A stretch of 45,974 nucleotides of DNA from Limisphaerales bacterium (GCA_046090965.1 JBJTAU010000268.1:1-45974), one strand, 5' to 3'. Positions 31,569 through 43,079 are shown, numbered from the stretch's first letter. Notes: generated by a model from the letters alone, not told the origin. A program made the numbers and translations.

Positions 31569-33077
31569 ATGCGCCCGCTGCTACTGCTCACTGCGCTTTT
31601 CGCGTCCCTGCATTGCTGCGTTGAACCTGCCACCGCCGCGCCGCGCCCTCCCAACGTCGTCTTCATCATCGCCGACGATCTCGGCTGGGGTGACCTCGGC
31701 TGCTACGGACAAAAAATCATCCGCACGCCGCACCTCGACCGCCTGGCCGCGGAGGGGATGCGCTTCACGCATCACTATTCCGGCAACGCCGTCTGCGCGC
31801 CGTCGCGCTGCGTGTTGATGACCGGCAAACATCCCGGCCACGCGTTCATCCGCGACAACCGGCAGTTCAAGCCGAACGAGGAAGGCCAGTATCCGATCCC
31901 CGCCGATACGATCACGCTCGCGAAACTTTTCCAGCAACGCGGCTACGCGACCGGCGGCTTCGGCAAGTGGGGACTCGGCGGGCCGGGCACCACGGGCGAA
32001 CCGCTCAAGCAGGGCTTCACGCGCTGGTTCGGCTACAACTGCCAGGCCGTCGCGCATAATTTTTATCCCGAGTATTTGTGGGACAACGACCGCAAAGTGC
32101 CGACGCGGAACGCAAAATTTTCCGCGCACGACACTCTCAAACCCGGTGAAGACGCGGCCGACCCGAAGTCCTACGCGCGTTTTCAGAGCAAGGAATACTC
32201 GGCCGACTTAATCGCCGAGCAGGCGCGCGCCTTCATCCGTGCGAACAAGGACAAGCCCTTTTTCTGCTACGTCCCCACGACCGTGCCGCATCTCGCGCTG
32301 CAGGTGCCGGACGATTCGCTCGCCGAGTATCTCGGCAAGTTTGACGATCCGCCCTACGCCGGTGGCAAAGGCTACCTGCCGCATTTCAAACCGCGCGCCG
32401 CCTACGCCGCGATGATCACGCGTATGGACCGCGAGATCGGGCGCACGATGGAACTCGTGAAGGAACTCGGCCTCGACGAGCAGACGATTTTTGTTTTCAC
32501 GTCCGACAACGGCCCGCTCACCGGAAATCATCAGGGTCTCGCGGGCACGGATTGCGCGTTCTTCAACTCCAACGGCGGCCTGCGCAATGGCAAGGGCAGC
32601 CTCTATGAAGGCGGCGTGCGCGTGCCCGGCATCGTGCGCTGGAAGGGCCGCATCGCCGCGGGCGCGACGAGCGAGCGCGTGACCGGTTTCGAAGACTGGA
32701 TGCCCACGCTGCTTGAACTCGCTGGCTTCAACGAACACACGCCGAAGGCCATCGACGGCCTCAGCTTCGCGCCGACCTTGCTCGGCCAGAGACAGGCCGA
32801 GCGACCCTTTCTCTATCGCGAGTTTCCCAGCTACACCGGGCAGCAAAGCGTGCGCGTCGGCGACTGGAAGGCCGTCCGCCAAAACTTGAAGCCCGCGCCG
32901 GCGAAGCAAGCCGCGCCAAACCTGGCGATTCAACTCTACAACCTCCGCGCCGACCCAAGCGAAAGCACGGACGTGGCGGCGCAGCACCCGGAGGTAGTGG
33001 CGAAGCTCGAAGCGATCCTGCGCGCCCAGCACGCGGTAAGCACAGAGTTTCCCCTACCAGCGCTGGATCGCCTTTAG
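31569..33077 (+). CDS. formylglycine-dependent sulfatase (arylsulfatase A family)
   Basis: ATG 31569 gives signal peptide MRPLLLLTALFASLHC. NVVFIIADDLGWGDLG and CAPSRCVLMTGK (C-x-P-x-R). Confidence 0.9.
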   Translation: MRPLLLLTALFASLHCCVEPATAAPRPPNVVFIIADDLGWGDLGCYGQKIIRTPHLDRLAAEGMRFTHHYSGNAVCAPSRCVLMTGKHPGHAFIRDNRQFKPNEEGQYPIPADTITLAKLFQQRGYATGGFGKWGLGGPGTTGEPLKQGFTRWFGYNCQAVAHNFYPEYLWDNDRKVPTRNAKFSAHDTLKPGEDAADPKSYARFQSKEYSADLIAEQARAFIRANKDKPFFCYVPTTVPHLALQVPDDSLAEYLGKFDDPPYAGGKGYLPHFKPRAAYAAMITRMDREIGRTMELVKELGLDEQTIFVFTSDNGPLTGNHQGLAGTDCAFFNSNGGLRNGKGSLYEGGVRVPGIVRWKGRIAAGATSERVTGFEDWMPTLLELAGFNEHTPKAIDGLSFAPTLLGQRQAERPFLYREFPSYTGQQSVRVGDWKAVRQNLKPAPAKQAAPNLAIQLYNLRADPSESTDVAAQHPEVVAKLEAILRAQHAVSTEFPLPALDRL

Positions 33078-33217
33078 GCCGTCGAGGCTGGCGATCCCCA
33101 GCCCTGACGTGCTGCGCTGATCCCTGCCCGCAGAAAATTCATTTCCCTTTCCTGAGCACTTACCTACTGTGACCGCCTCATTCGTCGCGCCCGGGCGCAC
33201 GCAACCTGAATCGAAAT

Positions 33218-34183
33218 ATGCCGCTGACACACACGACCGACCTGTTCGCCAAGGCCCTCAAGGGCAAATACGCCTTGGGCGCGTTCAACGTGAACAACAT
33301 GGAGTTCATCCAAGCCATCGTCGAAGCCGCCGAGGAGGAAAAGGCGCCCCTGATGCTCCAGATTTCCAAGGGCGCGCGCGACTACGCGCACCCCGTCTAT
33401 CTCAAGAAGCTCATCGAGGCCGCCGTCAGCCTGAGCAACATTCCCATCGCCGTCCATCTCGACCACGGCGACACCTTTGAGCTTTGCAAGCAGTGCATTG
33501 ATGAAGGCTTCACCAGCGTGATGATTGACGCCTCCCACGATCCGTTCGAGAAGAACGTCGAGGTCTGCCGGAAAGTCGTGGACTACGCCCACAAACACAA
33601 CTGCGTGGTCGAAGGCGAGCTCGGCATGCTGGTTGGCGCGCAGCACGACGATGGCGAGGAAGGTGGCGCCTACTCCAAGGGCGGCTGCTACACGCACCCC
33701 GAGGAAGCCGTGGACTTCGTGAAGAAATCCGGTGTGGACTCGCTGGCCGTCGCCATCGGCAACAGCCACGGAGCCTACAAGTTCAAGGGCGAGCAACACC
33801 TCGACCTCGAACGCCTCAAGGCCATCAAGAAGGCCCTCATGGACGCCGGCCTCGGCGACTACCCGCTAGTGCTCCACGGGGCCAGCTCCGTGCCGAAGGA
33901 CCTTGCGCAGAAGATCAACCAGTTCGGTGGCGGCATGGGTGAGGACACCGCTGGTGTGCCGGAGTCGGATATTGAAGTGGCCCGTCGCACCGGTTGCACC
34001 AAGGTCAACATCGACACTGACCTGCGTCTGGCGATGACCGCCGCCATCCGGGAAGTGCTCTGGACCAAGCCGAAGGAGTTCGACCCGCGCAAGTATCTCG
34101 GCCCGGCCCGCAAGGCGGTGAAAGAGTTGGTCCGCCATAAGATGCGCAACGTCCTCTGCTGCTCCGGTCACGCGTTCGATTGA
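33218..34183 (+). CDS. fba: class II fructose-bisphosphate aldolase
   Basis: GAFNVNNMEF...HLDHG...SVMIDAS...EGELG...AIGNSHGAYK...LHGASS motifs. Confidence 0.93.
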   Translation: MPLTHTTDLFAKALKGKYALGAFNVNNMEFIQAIVEAAEEEKAPLMLQISKGARDYAHPVYLKKLIEAAVSLSNIPIAVHLDHGDTFELCKQCIDEGFTSVMIDASHDPFEKNVEVCRKVVDYAHKHNCVVEGELGMLVGAQHDDGEEGGAYSKGGCYTHPEEAVDFVKKSGVDSLAVAIGNSHGAYKFKGEQHLDLERLKAIKKALMDAGLGDYPLVLHGASSVPKDLAQKINQFGGGMGEDTAGVPESDIEVARRTGCTKVNIDTDLRLAMTAAIREVLWTKPKEFDPRKYLGPARKAVKELVRHKMRNVLCCSGHAFD

Positions 34184-34206
34184 GCCTCAACCTTCTGAAA
34201 TGCGAA

Positions 34207-34241
34207 AGCGCCGCCGGAACAGTCCGGCGGCGCTTTTCTTT
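34207..34241 (+). terminator. Rho-independent terminator after fba
   Basis: Stem AGCGCCGCCGG (34207-34217) / CCGGCGGCGCT (34224-34234), loop AACAGT, then a T-rich TTTTCTTT tract whose first T is the last stem base. Confidence 0.85.
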
Positions 34242-34259
34242 GCCCCGGTTGCCCGGGGC

Positions 34260-34306
34260 AAAATAAAACCGGGGCTAGCGACCTGAGGAAGGCCATCTAG
34301 CCCCGG
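34260..34306 (-). terminator. Rho-independent terminator acting on the minus strand
   Basis: Stem CCGGGGCTAG (34269-34278) / CTAGCCCCGG (34297-34306), 18-nt loop, followed on the minus strand by TTTTATTTT (34268-34260). Confidence 0.75.
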
Positions 34307-34526
34307 GGAGTTTGCAGAAACAGCACGCAGTAGGCTTATGTGGGAACTCATTCGGAGCCGTGCCTACTCCGAACGAAACCTGTTTGGCTTACAAAGAACT
34401 TGCAGCGTTCTTGCCAGAAATCGTTGCTGCCTACGCGGGCAAAGAAACCATCATGCAGGCCCGGTGTCAATCTCCCTGAAAAGATATTACCAGCCCTGTT
34501 TGGCGGAATAAGCGGAAGCGCCGGAC

Positions 34527-34823
34527 CTAGTCACCAAACAGTTTCCGCATCTGCTCACGCGCGGCTGATTCACGCGAGCCGTCCGTGCTGGGCGGCGTGA
34601 ACTTGCGCTTCACGAACTCGAAATACTCGCAGAAGTTGCCGGCGTGCTTGTCCATCTCCGGGTCCGCGCGGCGATCGCGGCACTGGTGGGCGGCACGGGG
34701 GTCGTAGCTCACGCAGTTGACGCAGCAGCGCAGGTCGGCGCGGCACTGCGCGCAGGTTTCGCCGCGGCCCGGGTTCACGGAGAACGTCCATTCCGTGCCA
34801 CATTTCCAGCAGTGTCGTGTCAT
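34527..34823 (-). CDS. small Cys-rich (zinc-ribbon-like) hypothetical protein
   Basis: ATG 34823 gives MTRHCWKCGTEW...CAQCRADLRCCVNCVSY...HQCRD...FCEYFEF. The track N-terminus MNLELTFSR is translated repeat sequence. Confidence 0.6.
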   Translation of the reverse strand: MTRHCWKCGTEWTFSVNPGRGETCAQCRADLRCCVNCVSYDPRAAHQCRDRRADPEMDKHAGNFCEYFEFVKRKFTPPSTDGSRESAAREQMRKLFGD

Positions 34824-34832
34824 GCGGGAAAA

Positions 34833-34930
34833 GGTAAGTTCAAGGTTCAAAGTTCAAAGTTCAAAGTTCGCCCGCCAGGAGCACGCGGTTGAACCTGAAA
34901 CCTTGAACCTTGGACCCGAAACCTTGAACC
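34833..34930. repeat. hairpin of GGTTCAA-type heptamer repeats in a divergent intergenic region
   Basis: Left arm (GTTCAAG)(GTTCAAA)x3 at 34833-34870. Right arm CGGTTGAACCTGAAACCTTGAACCTTGGACCCGAAACCTTGAACC at 34886-34930, ending 7 nt before ATG 34938. Confidence 0.8.
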
Positions 34931-34937
34931 TCCCGCC

Positions 34938-35915
34938 ATGTCCGCCTACGCACAGTTACTCGACGCCGCCATCCGCGACTTGGAGGAACGCAAGGCCGTC
35001 GGGGAACGCTTCATCACCGTCGCCCCCGCGACCTTGAGCGCGCTCGCGGCTCCGACAGCGGCCACGCCGCCCGCGCGTGCCAAGCCCGCCGAGATTCTTG
35101 CGCCTGCGGCTCGCCCCGCCACCGCGCCCCGGGCCGGCAGTTCGCAACCGCCGTCCGCACCGCCTGCCCCTACCTCGCGTGCCCCGCTCTTTCCCGCCGT
35201 TCAACCGCCGTCCAACCCATCCGCCGCTCCCGCACGTTCCACCGCCCTGCCGCCGTTGCCGGCACTCAACATGTCCGCCGCTGAGAAGCCCGCTGCCTTC
35301 GCCGCGCTGCGCGAGCGCGCGCTGGCCTGCACGAAATGCCCGCACCTCGTCACCACGCGCAAGAGCGTGGTCTTCGGCGTGGGTGATCCCAACGCGCAGC
35401 TCATGTTCGTGGGTGAAGCGCCGGGCGCGGACGAGGACGAGCAGGGCGAGCCCTTCGTGGGCCGGGCGGGGCAAATACTCACCGGGATGATCCGAGGGAT
35501 GAACCTCTCCCGCGAAACGGTTTACATCGCCAACATCCTTAAGTGTCGCCCCGACACCCTGCCCGGCATGCGCGGCAATCGTCCCCCGCGCCCCGAGGAA
35601 CGGGCCGCGTGCCTGCCGTATCTGCTCGAGCAGATTCAACTCATTCAGCCGCGCGTGCTCGTCGCGCTGGGCGGCACGGCGGTGGAAGGACTCTTTGGTC
35701 AGGCCGAGGTGCGCATCACGCGGTTGCGGGGGAGCTGGATGAACTTCCATGGCACGCCGGTGATGCCCACTTTCCATCCCAGCTACGTCCTCCGCGCCGA
35801 GGACGGCCCCGGCAAGGGCCGCGCCACCAAGCGCCTGGTCTGGGAGGACATGCTGCAAGTCATGGAGCGGCTGCAAATGCCCATCAGCGAGAAGCTGCGC
35901 GGGTTTTTCAAGTAG
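34938..35915 (+). CDS. family 4 uracil-DNA glycosylase with Pro/Ala-rich N-terminal extension
   Basis: CTKCPHL...FGVGDPNAQLMFVGEAPGADEDEQGEPFVGRAGQIL...ANILKCRP...FHPSYVLR. Confidence 0.88.
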   Translation: MSAYAQLLDAAIRDLEERKAVGERFITVAPATLSALAAPTAATPPARAKPAEILAPAARPATAPRAGSSQPPSAPPAPTSRAPLFPAVQPPSNPSAAPARSTALPPLPALNMSAAEKPAAFAALRERALACTKCPHLVTTRKSVVFGVGDPNAQLMFVGEAPGADEDEQGEPFVGRAGQILTGMIRGMNLSRETVYIANILKCRPDTLPGMRGNRPPRPEERAACLPYLLEQIQLIQPRVLVALGGTAVEGLFGQAEVRITRLRGSWMNFHGTPVMPTFHPSYVLRAEDGPGKGRATKRLVWEDMLQVMERLQMPISEKLRGFFK

Positions 35916-35955
35916 CCGCGGCTGGCCGCGCAGGAACGCAGCGATGAACAGGGAG

Positions 35956-36058
35956 AACTTCCAACGTCCAACGCTCAACTGCCAACGTCCAAAGGGGCGC
36001 TCGGATGCGGCGGGGGCTTCGTTGAATGTAGAAGGTTGGAAGTTGGACGTTGAACGTT
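35956..36058. repeat. imperfect hairpin of NNNCCAA / TTGGNNN heptamer repeats
   Basis: (CTTCCAA)(CGTCCAA)(CGCTCAA)(CTGCCAA)(CGTCCAA) at 35956-35993 pairs with (TTGAATG)(TAGAAGG)(TTGGAAG)(TTGGACG)(TTGAACG) at 36018-36058. The outer ~17 bp pair well; the inner part is degenerate. Confidence 0.7.
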
Positions 36059-36110
36059 TTCCCGATTCCTTCCTTGTGCTCTCTGCGCCCTTTCGCGGCC
36101 AATTCTCCCC

Positions 36111-37640
36111 GTGAAGAAGCCCGCCAAAATCGGCCTGTGGCTGCTGTTCTTCGCCGTGCTGGGCGTGCTGGCGCTGTGGTTGGAACACGAGCGGGCCAAG
36201 GCGCGGCTGGCGGCGTTCAAGGCGGACCTCATCGCCAAGGGCGAGAAGCTCGCCATCGCCGACCATGTGCCGAAACTCCCGCCCGCGGTTTCGAACGCCG
36301 CGCCGGACTTCATCGCCGCGGCCAACCGGCTCACGGAGCTGAAGGCCGAGTGGCAGCTGGCGCGGATGCGAATGGTCGCGCCCGGAAAGGCCCGCGTGAC
36401 GTGGCGGCAGCAGGAATTGCCGACCGAGAAGGAGCCGGACCTCTGGCCGTTCATCGTCGCCCATGTGGAAGACAACCGTCCGCTGCTCGCTGAGATGGCC
36501 GCCGCGCTGGGCCGACCGGAGATAGTGTTCAACTTGGATTACACAAAGGGCTTCAACCTACTGCTGCCGCATGTGGACAAACACAAGCGCGCGGTTTCCG
36601 TGATGGCCAACGCAACACTTGCAGACCTGCACGACGAGCAGACCGCTTCAGCCTTCACCAACCTGCTGGCCGCAGTTCGCTTCGTGCGGCTCAATGAAGA
36701 GCCATTGCTCATCTCTCAACTGGTGCGCGTTGCCTGCGGGCAAATCGCACTCGGAGCAACTTGGGAAGGGCTTCAGTCCGTTGGCTGGCGCGAAGCTGAA
36801 CTGCGTAAGTTGCAATCCGAGTGGGAGGGCTGGGACATGAAGCGCGGCTGGCTGGCGGCGATGCACATGGATCGGGCGATGGGTGTGGACACCTTCGCGC
36901 AATGCCGGGGTAACCCAGAGATGATGCGGCTGCTAAATGGCATGGGTGCTGGTGGCCCCAGCAGCTCCGGCGGTTCCTTCTTCGATGACCTCATCAATAA
37001 TCCCGGCCGGGCTGGGGAGCGGGCGTTGGGCTTCGGTGTCTCGATCGGCTGGACCCTCTGGTTCTCTTACGATGACGAACGGTGGGCTTTGAACTGGCAT
37101 CTTGCCTGGCTCGGCGGTGCGCGGCAGGCGCATCAGTCCGACTCCAACGCGCTGCCGTTTGCGCGGATGGACGCCGCCGCCAAGCCGTTCGAAACGCCGC
37201 CGACCACGCACATCATCTCGCGCCTGATGTTGCCGAGCCTGGGCAACATGCAGAAAAATTTTGCCCACTACGAGGCCGTCCGCCGCCTCACCGTCACCGC
37301 CATCGCGCTGCACCGGCACCGGCTGAAGCACGGGCAATTCCCCGCGTCGCTCGGCGCGCTGGTGCCGGAGTTCCTCGCCGAGGTGCCGCGCGACTTCATG
37401 GACGGCCAGCCGCTGCGCTACCGGCTGGAGGCGGACGGCCAGTTCCGCCTCTGGTCCGTGGGCGAGGATTTCAAGGACGACGGCGGCGACGCGACCACCG
37501 TCGGCGCGCACAGCACCAATCCCTTCGACTGGCTCAAGGGCCGCGACTGGATCTGGCCGCAGGCCGCGAGCGAGGCGGAAGTCGCCGCCTACCACGCGGA
37601 ACTCGAAGCCAAGCGCGCGTCCACGCCGCCCAAGCGGTAG
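36111..37640 (+). CDS. hypothetical membrane-anchored protein
   Basis: GTG start, TM segment IGLWLLFFAVLGVLALWL, 509 aa. The C-terminal LWSVGEDFKDDGGD resembles the pseudopilin-type motif. Family not recognised. Confidence 0.55.
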   Translation: MKKPAKIGLWLLFFAVLGVLALWLEHERAKARLAAFKADLIAKGEKLAIADHVPKLPPAVSNAAPDFIAAANRLTELKAEWQLARMRMVAPGKARVTWRQQELPTEKEPDLWPFIVAHVEDNRPLLAEMAAALGRPEIVFNLDYTKGFNLLLPHVDKHKRAVSVMANATLADLHDEQTASAFTNLLAAVRFVRLNEEPLLISQLVRVACGQIALGATWEGLQSVGWREAELRKLQSEWEGWDMKRGWLAAMHMDRAMGVDTFAQCRGNPEMMRLLNGMGAGGPSSSGGSFFDDLINNPGRAGERALGFGVSIGWTLWFSYDDERWALNWHLAWLGGARQAHQSDSNALPFARMDAAAKPFETPPTTHIISRLMLPSLGNMQKNFAHYEAVRRLTVTAIALHRHRLKHGQFPASLGALVPEFLAEVPRDFMDGQPLRYRLEADGQFRLWSVGEDFKDDGGDATTVGAHSTNPFDWLKGRDWIWPQAASEAEVAAYHAELEAKRASTPPKR

Positions 37641-37652
37641 CCGCTGTCCGCC

Positions 37653-38711
37653 TCAGCAGGCGACTCGCCGGCCTTCCTCGCTGGAGCGATACATCGCATC
37701 CATCAGCTCCAGCGTGGCCAGCGTGGAGGCCGTTGTGTTCCGGCATTCCTTGCGCTCGCCGCGCGCGACGGCGAGCCAATCGCGGATCAACTCGCGGCTG
37801 CGGTAGCCGTGGTAGCCGGGCGTCCTGTCGGCCGGCAGGGAGAAGACTTCCTCCATCGCGTGGAACTGCGGCTGCGGCCCGTGAATCTCCAGCACGCCGC
37901 TCGTGCCCGCGCGGTTCGGATCCCAATGCACCCAGCGCTGGCTGCCGCGTAACGACCACCGCCATTCGCCCGCCCAGCGCGGCAGCCAGTAGCCGCCGGT
38001 GAAGGTCGCCAGTCCGCCGCCAGACAAATCAAAGATGGCCGAGCCGCCGTCCTCGACGCCGAGTGGTGTCTCACCGAAGACGCCCGTGCGCGCGGTCACG
38101 GCGGTCACGGACTGGCCGGTCACGTAAGTCAGCAGGTCAAGGTAATGACAGCCCAGCCAGTTGAAGAACCCGCCGCCGCTCTGCTCCGGGTCGAACAGGA
38201 AGTGCGACGGTCCGCGCCGGTTGGCGTCGCTCGTCACGCAGGTCATCTCCACGCTGATGAGCTTGCCGAAGCGGCCCTCAGCGATCATCGCCTTGAGCCG
38301 TTGCGCGCCTTCGTCGTAGCGCCAGAGGTAGCCGGTCTGAAACGCGACGCCCGACTGCCGCACTTTCTCCAGCGCGGGCCGCGCGGCGGCGGCGTTCACG
38401 CCGCAGGGCTTCTCGGAACGCACGTGCTTGCCGGCGGCGGCGTGGTGTTCCAGCACGGCGGGCACGCGGTCGTAGGGTAAACAGACCACCGCGCCATCGA
38501 AGAGACTTCCGCGCCGGGCGCTCAGCTCCGCGATGCTGCCGAAGCGCGGCACGGCGGCGAGCGTTTCCTCCAAGCTGGCGAGCCCGCCGCCGAACTCCGG
38601 CACGATGGCCGTGATGACGACTTCCCCGGCGAGGTTGAGCAGCGACTCGCGCCACGCCGCCCCGTGCGGATGGTCAACGCCGATGAACGCGACGCGGAAA
38701 GGCTGGCTCAT
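37653..38711 (-). CDS. Gfo/Idh/MocA family oxidoreductase
   Basis: ATG 38711 gives MSQPFRVAFIGVDHPHG..., a Rossmann N-terminus, followed by a GFO-type C-terminal domain. The track N-terminus MNLEPETSNLEPPP is translated repeat sequence. Confidence 0.88.
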   Translation of the reverse strand: MSQPFRVAFIGVDHPHGAAWRESLLNLAGEVVITAIVPEFGGGLASLEETLAAVPRFGSIAELSARRGSLFDGAVVCLPYDRVPAVLEHHAAAGKHVRSEKPCGVNAAAARPALEKVRQSGVAFQTGYLWRYDEGAQRLKAMIAEGRFGKLISVEMTCVTSDANRRGPSHFLFDPEQSGGGFFNWLGCHYLDLLTYVTGQSVTAVTARTGVFGETPLGVEDGGSAIFDLSGGGLATFTGGYWLPRWAGEWRWSLRGSQRWVHWDPNRAGTSGVLEIHGPQPQFHAMEEVFSLPADRTPGYHGYRSRELIRDWLAVARGERKECRNTTASTLATLELMDAMYRSSEEGRRVAC

Positions 38712-38718
38712 GGGCGGA

Positions 38719-38756
38719 GGTTCAAGGTTCGAGGTTTCCGGTTCAAGGTTCAAACG
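38719..38756. repeat. solo arm of the GGTTCAA heptamer family
   Basis: (GGTTCAA)(GGTTCGA)(GGTTTCC)(GGTTCAA)(GGTTCAA)ACG. No complementary arm nearby. On the minus strand it ends 7 nt before ATG 38711. Confidence 0.7.
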
Positions 38757-38776
38757 ATGAGGCTTGGATTTTATCA

Positions 38777-38834
38777 GGAGAGCAGGAAGGCAGGAGGATT
38801 GGCTTCCAGTTGCTTTCCTGCCCTCCTGCTCCCC
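38777..38834. repeat. hairpin of GCAGGA(A/G)G-type tandem units
   Basis: GGAGAGCAGGAAGGCAGGAGG (38777-38797) pairs with TTTCCTGCCCTCCTGCTCCCC (38814-38834). Confidence 0.7.
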
Positions 38835-38864
38835 TTATGAAAAACCTCCCCTCCGGAAACGAAG

Positions 38865-38891
38865 AGCCCCTCCGCATCGCACGGAGGGGCT
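38865..38891 (-). terminator. possible terminator after the IscA-type gene
   Basis: Stem AGCCCCTCCG (38865-38874) / CGGAGGGGCT (38882-38891). On the minus strand it is followed by CTTCGTTTCC, only moderately T-rich. Confidence 0.45.
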
Positions 38892-38923
38892 GGCTTCGGC
38901 CTGCGCCGGTTGATCAAGCCGGG

Positions 38924-39274
38924 CTAGGCCTCAAAGGACTTCCCGCAGCCGCAGCTTTGCTTGGCGTTGGGATTGGAAATCTTGAACCCACCACCGGTCA
39001 GCTCGTCCTTGAAGTCGATCACGCAGCCGCGCAGCACTTCGGCGCTGATCGGATCGGTGAGCACGCCCACGCCGTGGAACTCGCCGGCGAAGTCGCCGTC
39101 ACGTTGCTCGTCGAAGACCATGCCGTATTGCATCCCTGAGCAGCCGCCCTTCTCGACATACACGCGGAGCCGCTTGCCGGCCGGTTCCGGCTCGTTCGCG
39201 AGCATGGACTTCACCTGCTCGGCGGCGCTGGGCGTGAGGCTGACGACGGGTTCGGCGAGTGTGGCGGTGCTCAT
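38924..39274 (-). CDS. iron-sulfur cluster insertion protein (HesB/IscA/ErpA family)
   Basis: 116 aa. LRVYVEKGGCSGMQYG and C-terminal CGCGKSF. Confidence 0.9.
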   Translation of the reverse strand: MSTATLAEPVVSLTPSAAEQVKSMLANEPEPAGKRLRVYVEKGGCSGMQYGMVFDEQRDGDFAGEFHGVGVLTDPISAEVLRGCVIDFKDELTGGGFKISNPNAKQSCGCGKSFEA

Positions 39275-39335
39275 TTGAGTCTTGGGGCGAACGTAGAGGT
39301 GGAGTGCGGGGCTGTCAAATCTGGCAAACTCCTTT

Positions 39336-39410
39336 GCCCGCGGATAACGCGGAATACGCGGATGGGGAAAGCGAGCTGCGAACTAGGTGTGTTCATCCGC
39401 GTCATCTGCG

Positions 39411-39422
<12 letters not shown>
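39336..39422. repeat. hairpin of GCGGATAAC-type 9-nt units
   Basis: GCCCGCGGATAACGCGGAATACGCGGATG (39336-39364) pairs with TTCATCCGCGTCATCTGCGTTATCCGCGGGC (39392-39422), 26 of 29 positions. The right arm encodes the last codons and the TAA of the U32 gene. Confidence 0.85.
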
Positions 39423-42143
<2,721 letters not shown>

Positions 42144-42252
42144 GAGAAGTCGCCGACGCGGACAAGCTACGGTTGGGCCGCGGCAGCGTCGAGCCTCGTC
42201 GCGGAGCGAGGATCGCATTCTACCTGCGGTCATTTCCGGATGCGTGGGAGGC

Positions 42253-42280
42253 TTGTCAGCGAGGGCCAGCGTGATAGCTT
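42253..42280 (+). promoter_or_regulatory. candidate promoter, leaderless geometry
   Basis: TTGTCA (42253-42258), 16 nt, TAGCTT (42275-42280), 6 nt, then GTG 42287. Confidence 0.4.
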
Positions 42281-42286
42281 GCCGGC

Positions 42287-42982
42287 GTGCGCCGCTTCTT
42301 CAGCCCGCTCTGTATGAGGCTCTACGCGTTCCTCGCGTTGTTCCTCGCTCTGTTCTACGCGTGGCCCCACGCCATGCGCAGCGAGTGGAACCGCGAGCGC
42401 CTTTACCGCCAGCTTCTCAGCGGCTCGGAGAAGGACCGCATCACCGCTGCTGGCAACCTCGTGGCCTACGGTGGTCGCGAACAACTCCTCAAGGCGCTCC
42501 AGTCTGACTCCCCCTCGATTCGCACCGTGGCCATCAGCGCGCTGTTCGACATCTGGGTGGCGGCGGAAGGAGAGGAAGCGGCGTTCCTCCTGCAAGTGGC
42601 GGGCAATTCGATCGAGCGGAAAAACGTCCAAGGCGCGCTTAACCACCTCACCCGGCTCACGCGCACCTATCCGTTTTTTGCCGAGGGCTGGAACCGCCGC
42701 GCCACGTTGCTCTGGCAGCTTGGCCAGGTGGAACAATCCCTCGCGGACTGCCGCAAAGCGGTGCTGCTGAACCCCGAGCACTTCGCCGCTTGGCAGGGCA
42801 TGGGGCTGTGTCAGGTGCGCCTCGGCGATCTCGCCGCCGCTACCAAGTCCTTCGAGCAGGCCCTCAAGCTCATCCCCCACGACCGCCAGACGCAGCACTA
42901 TCTCCGCTGGGCCGAGGACATGCTCAAACGCGAGCGGCAGACGCGGCCGAAGCAGGCGGAGTGGCAGGGTGAGCTGATCTGA
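42287..42982 (+). CDS. membrane-anchored HEAT/TPR repeat protein
   Basis: Hydrophobic N-terminus LYAFLALFLALFY, then TPR-like repeats (AEGWNRRATLLWQLGQVEQSLADCRKAVLLNPEHFAAWQGMG...). The alternative start is ATG 42314. Confidence 0.7.
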   Translation: MRRFFSPLCMRLYAFLALFLALFYAWPHAMRSEWNRERLYRQLLSGSEKDRITAAGNLVAYGGREQLLKALQSDSPSIRTVAISALFDIWVAAEGEEAAFLLQVAGNSIERKNVQGALNHLTRLTRTYPFFAEGWNRRATLLWQLGQVEQSLADCRKAVLLNPEHFAAWQGMGLCQVRLGDLAAATKSFEQALKLIPHDRQTQHYLRWAEDMLKRERQTRPKQAEWQGELI

Positions 42983-42990
42983 GGAGGAGA

Positions 42991-43079
42991 AGTGGTTAGT
43001 CCTTAGTGATTAGTCCAAATCGCCAACGTGAAGAGTCACGTCCTCGCCGCTGATGACTAAACACTAATTACTAACCACT
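42991..43079. repeat. hairpin of TTAGTGA-type heptamer repeats between convergent genes
   Basis: AGTGGTTAGTCCTTAGTGATTAGTC (42991-43015) pairs with GACTAAACACTAATTACTAACCACT (43055-43079), 22 of 25 positions. The right arm contains the TAG stop of the STAS gene (43071-43073). Confidence 0.8.

Noticed and set aside
34269-34306. GAGGAAGG in the hairpin loop, reminiscent of RNase P P4 or SRP domain IV motifs.
   Set aside because: The similarity is only about 6-8 nt. The surrounding sequence lacks the other conserved RNase P or SRP elements and is too short. The hairpin plus U-tract is fully explained as a minus-strand terminator.
38712-38753. N-terminal extensions in the ORF track that translate repeat arms: MNLEPETSNLEPPP here, MNLELTFSR at 34824-34850, and MVRAQGLECSCFFTHHAPRTT at 20273-20338.
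   Set aside because: In two cases an internal ATG follows immediately and opens a conserved N-terminus (MSQPFRVAFIGV, MTRHCWKCG). For arsS, the hairpin would sequester the start. The extensions are repeat-derived, not conserved protein.
38835-38850. TTATGAAAAACCT occurs both here and at the DUF1080 start (2052-2064), suggesting a second small signal-peptide ORF.
   Set aside because: The downstream frame here (MKNLPSGNEEPLRIARRG...) has no hydrophobic core. It runs antisense through the terminator and coding region of the IscA-type gene. The 13-nt match is probably coincidental.
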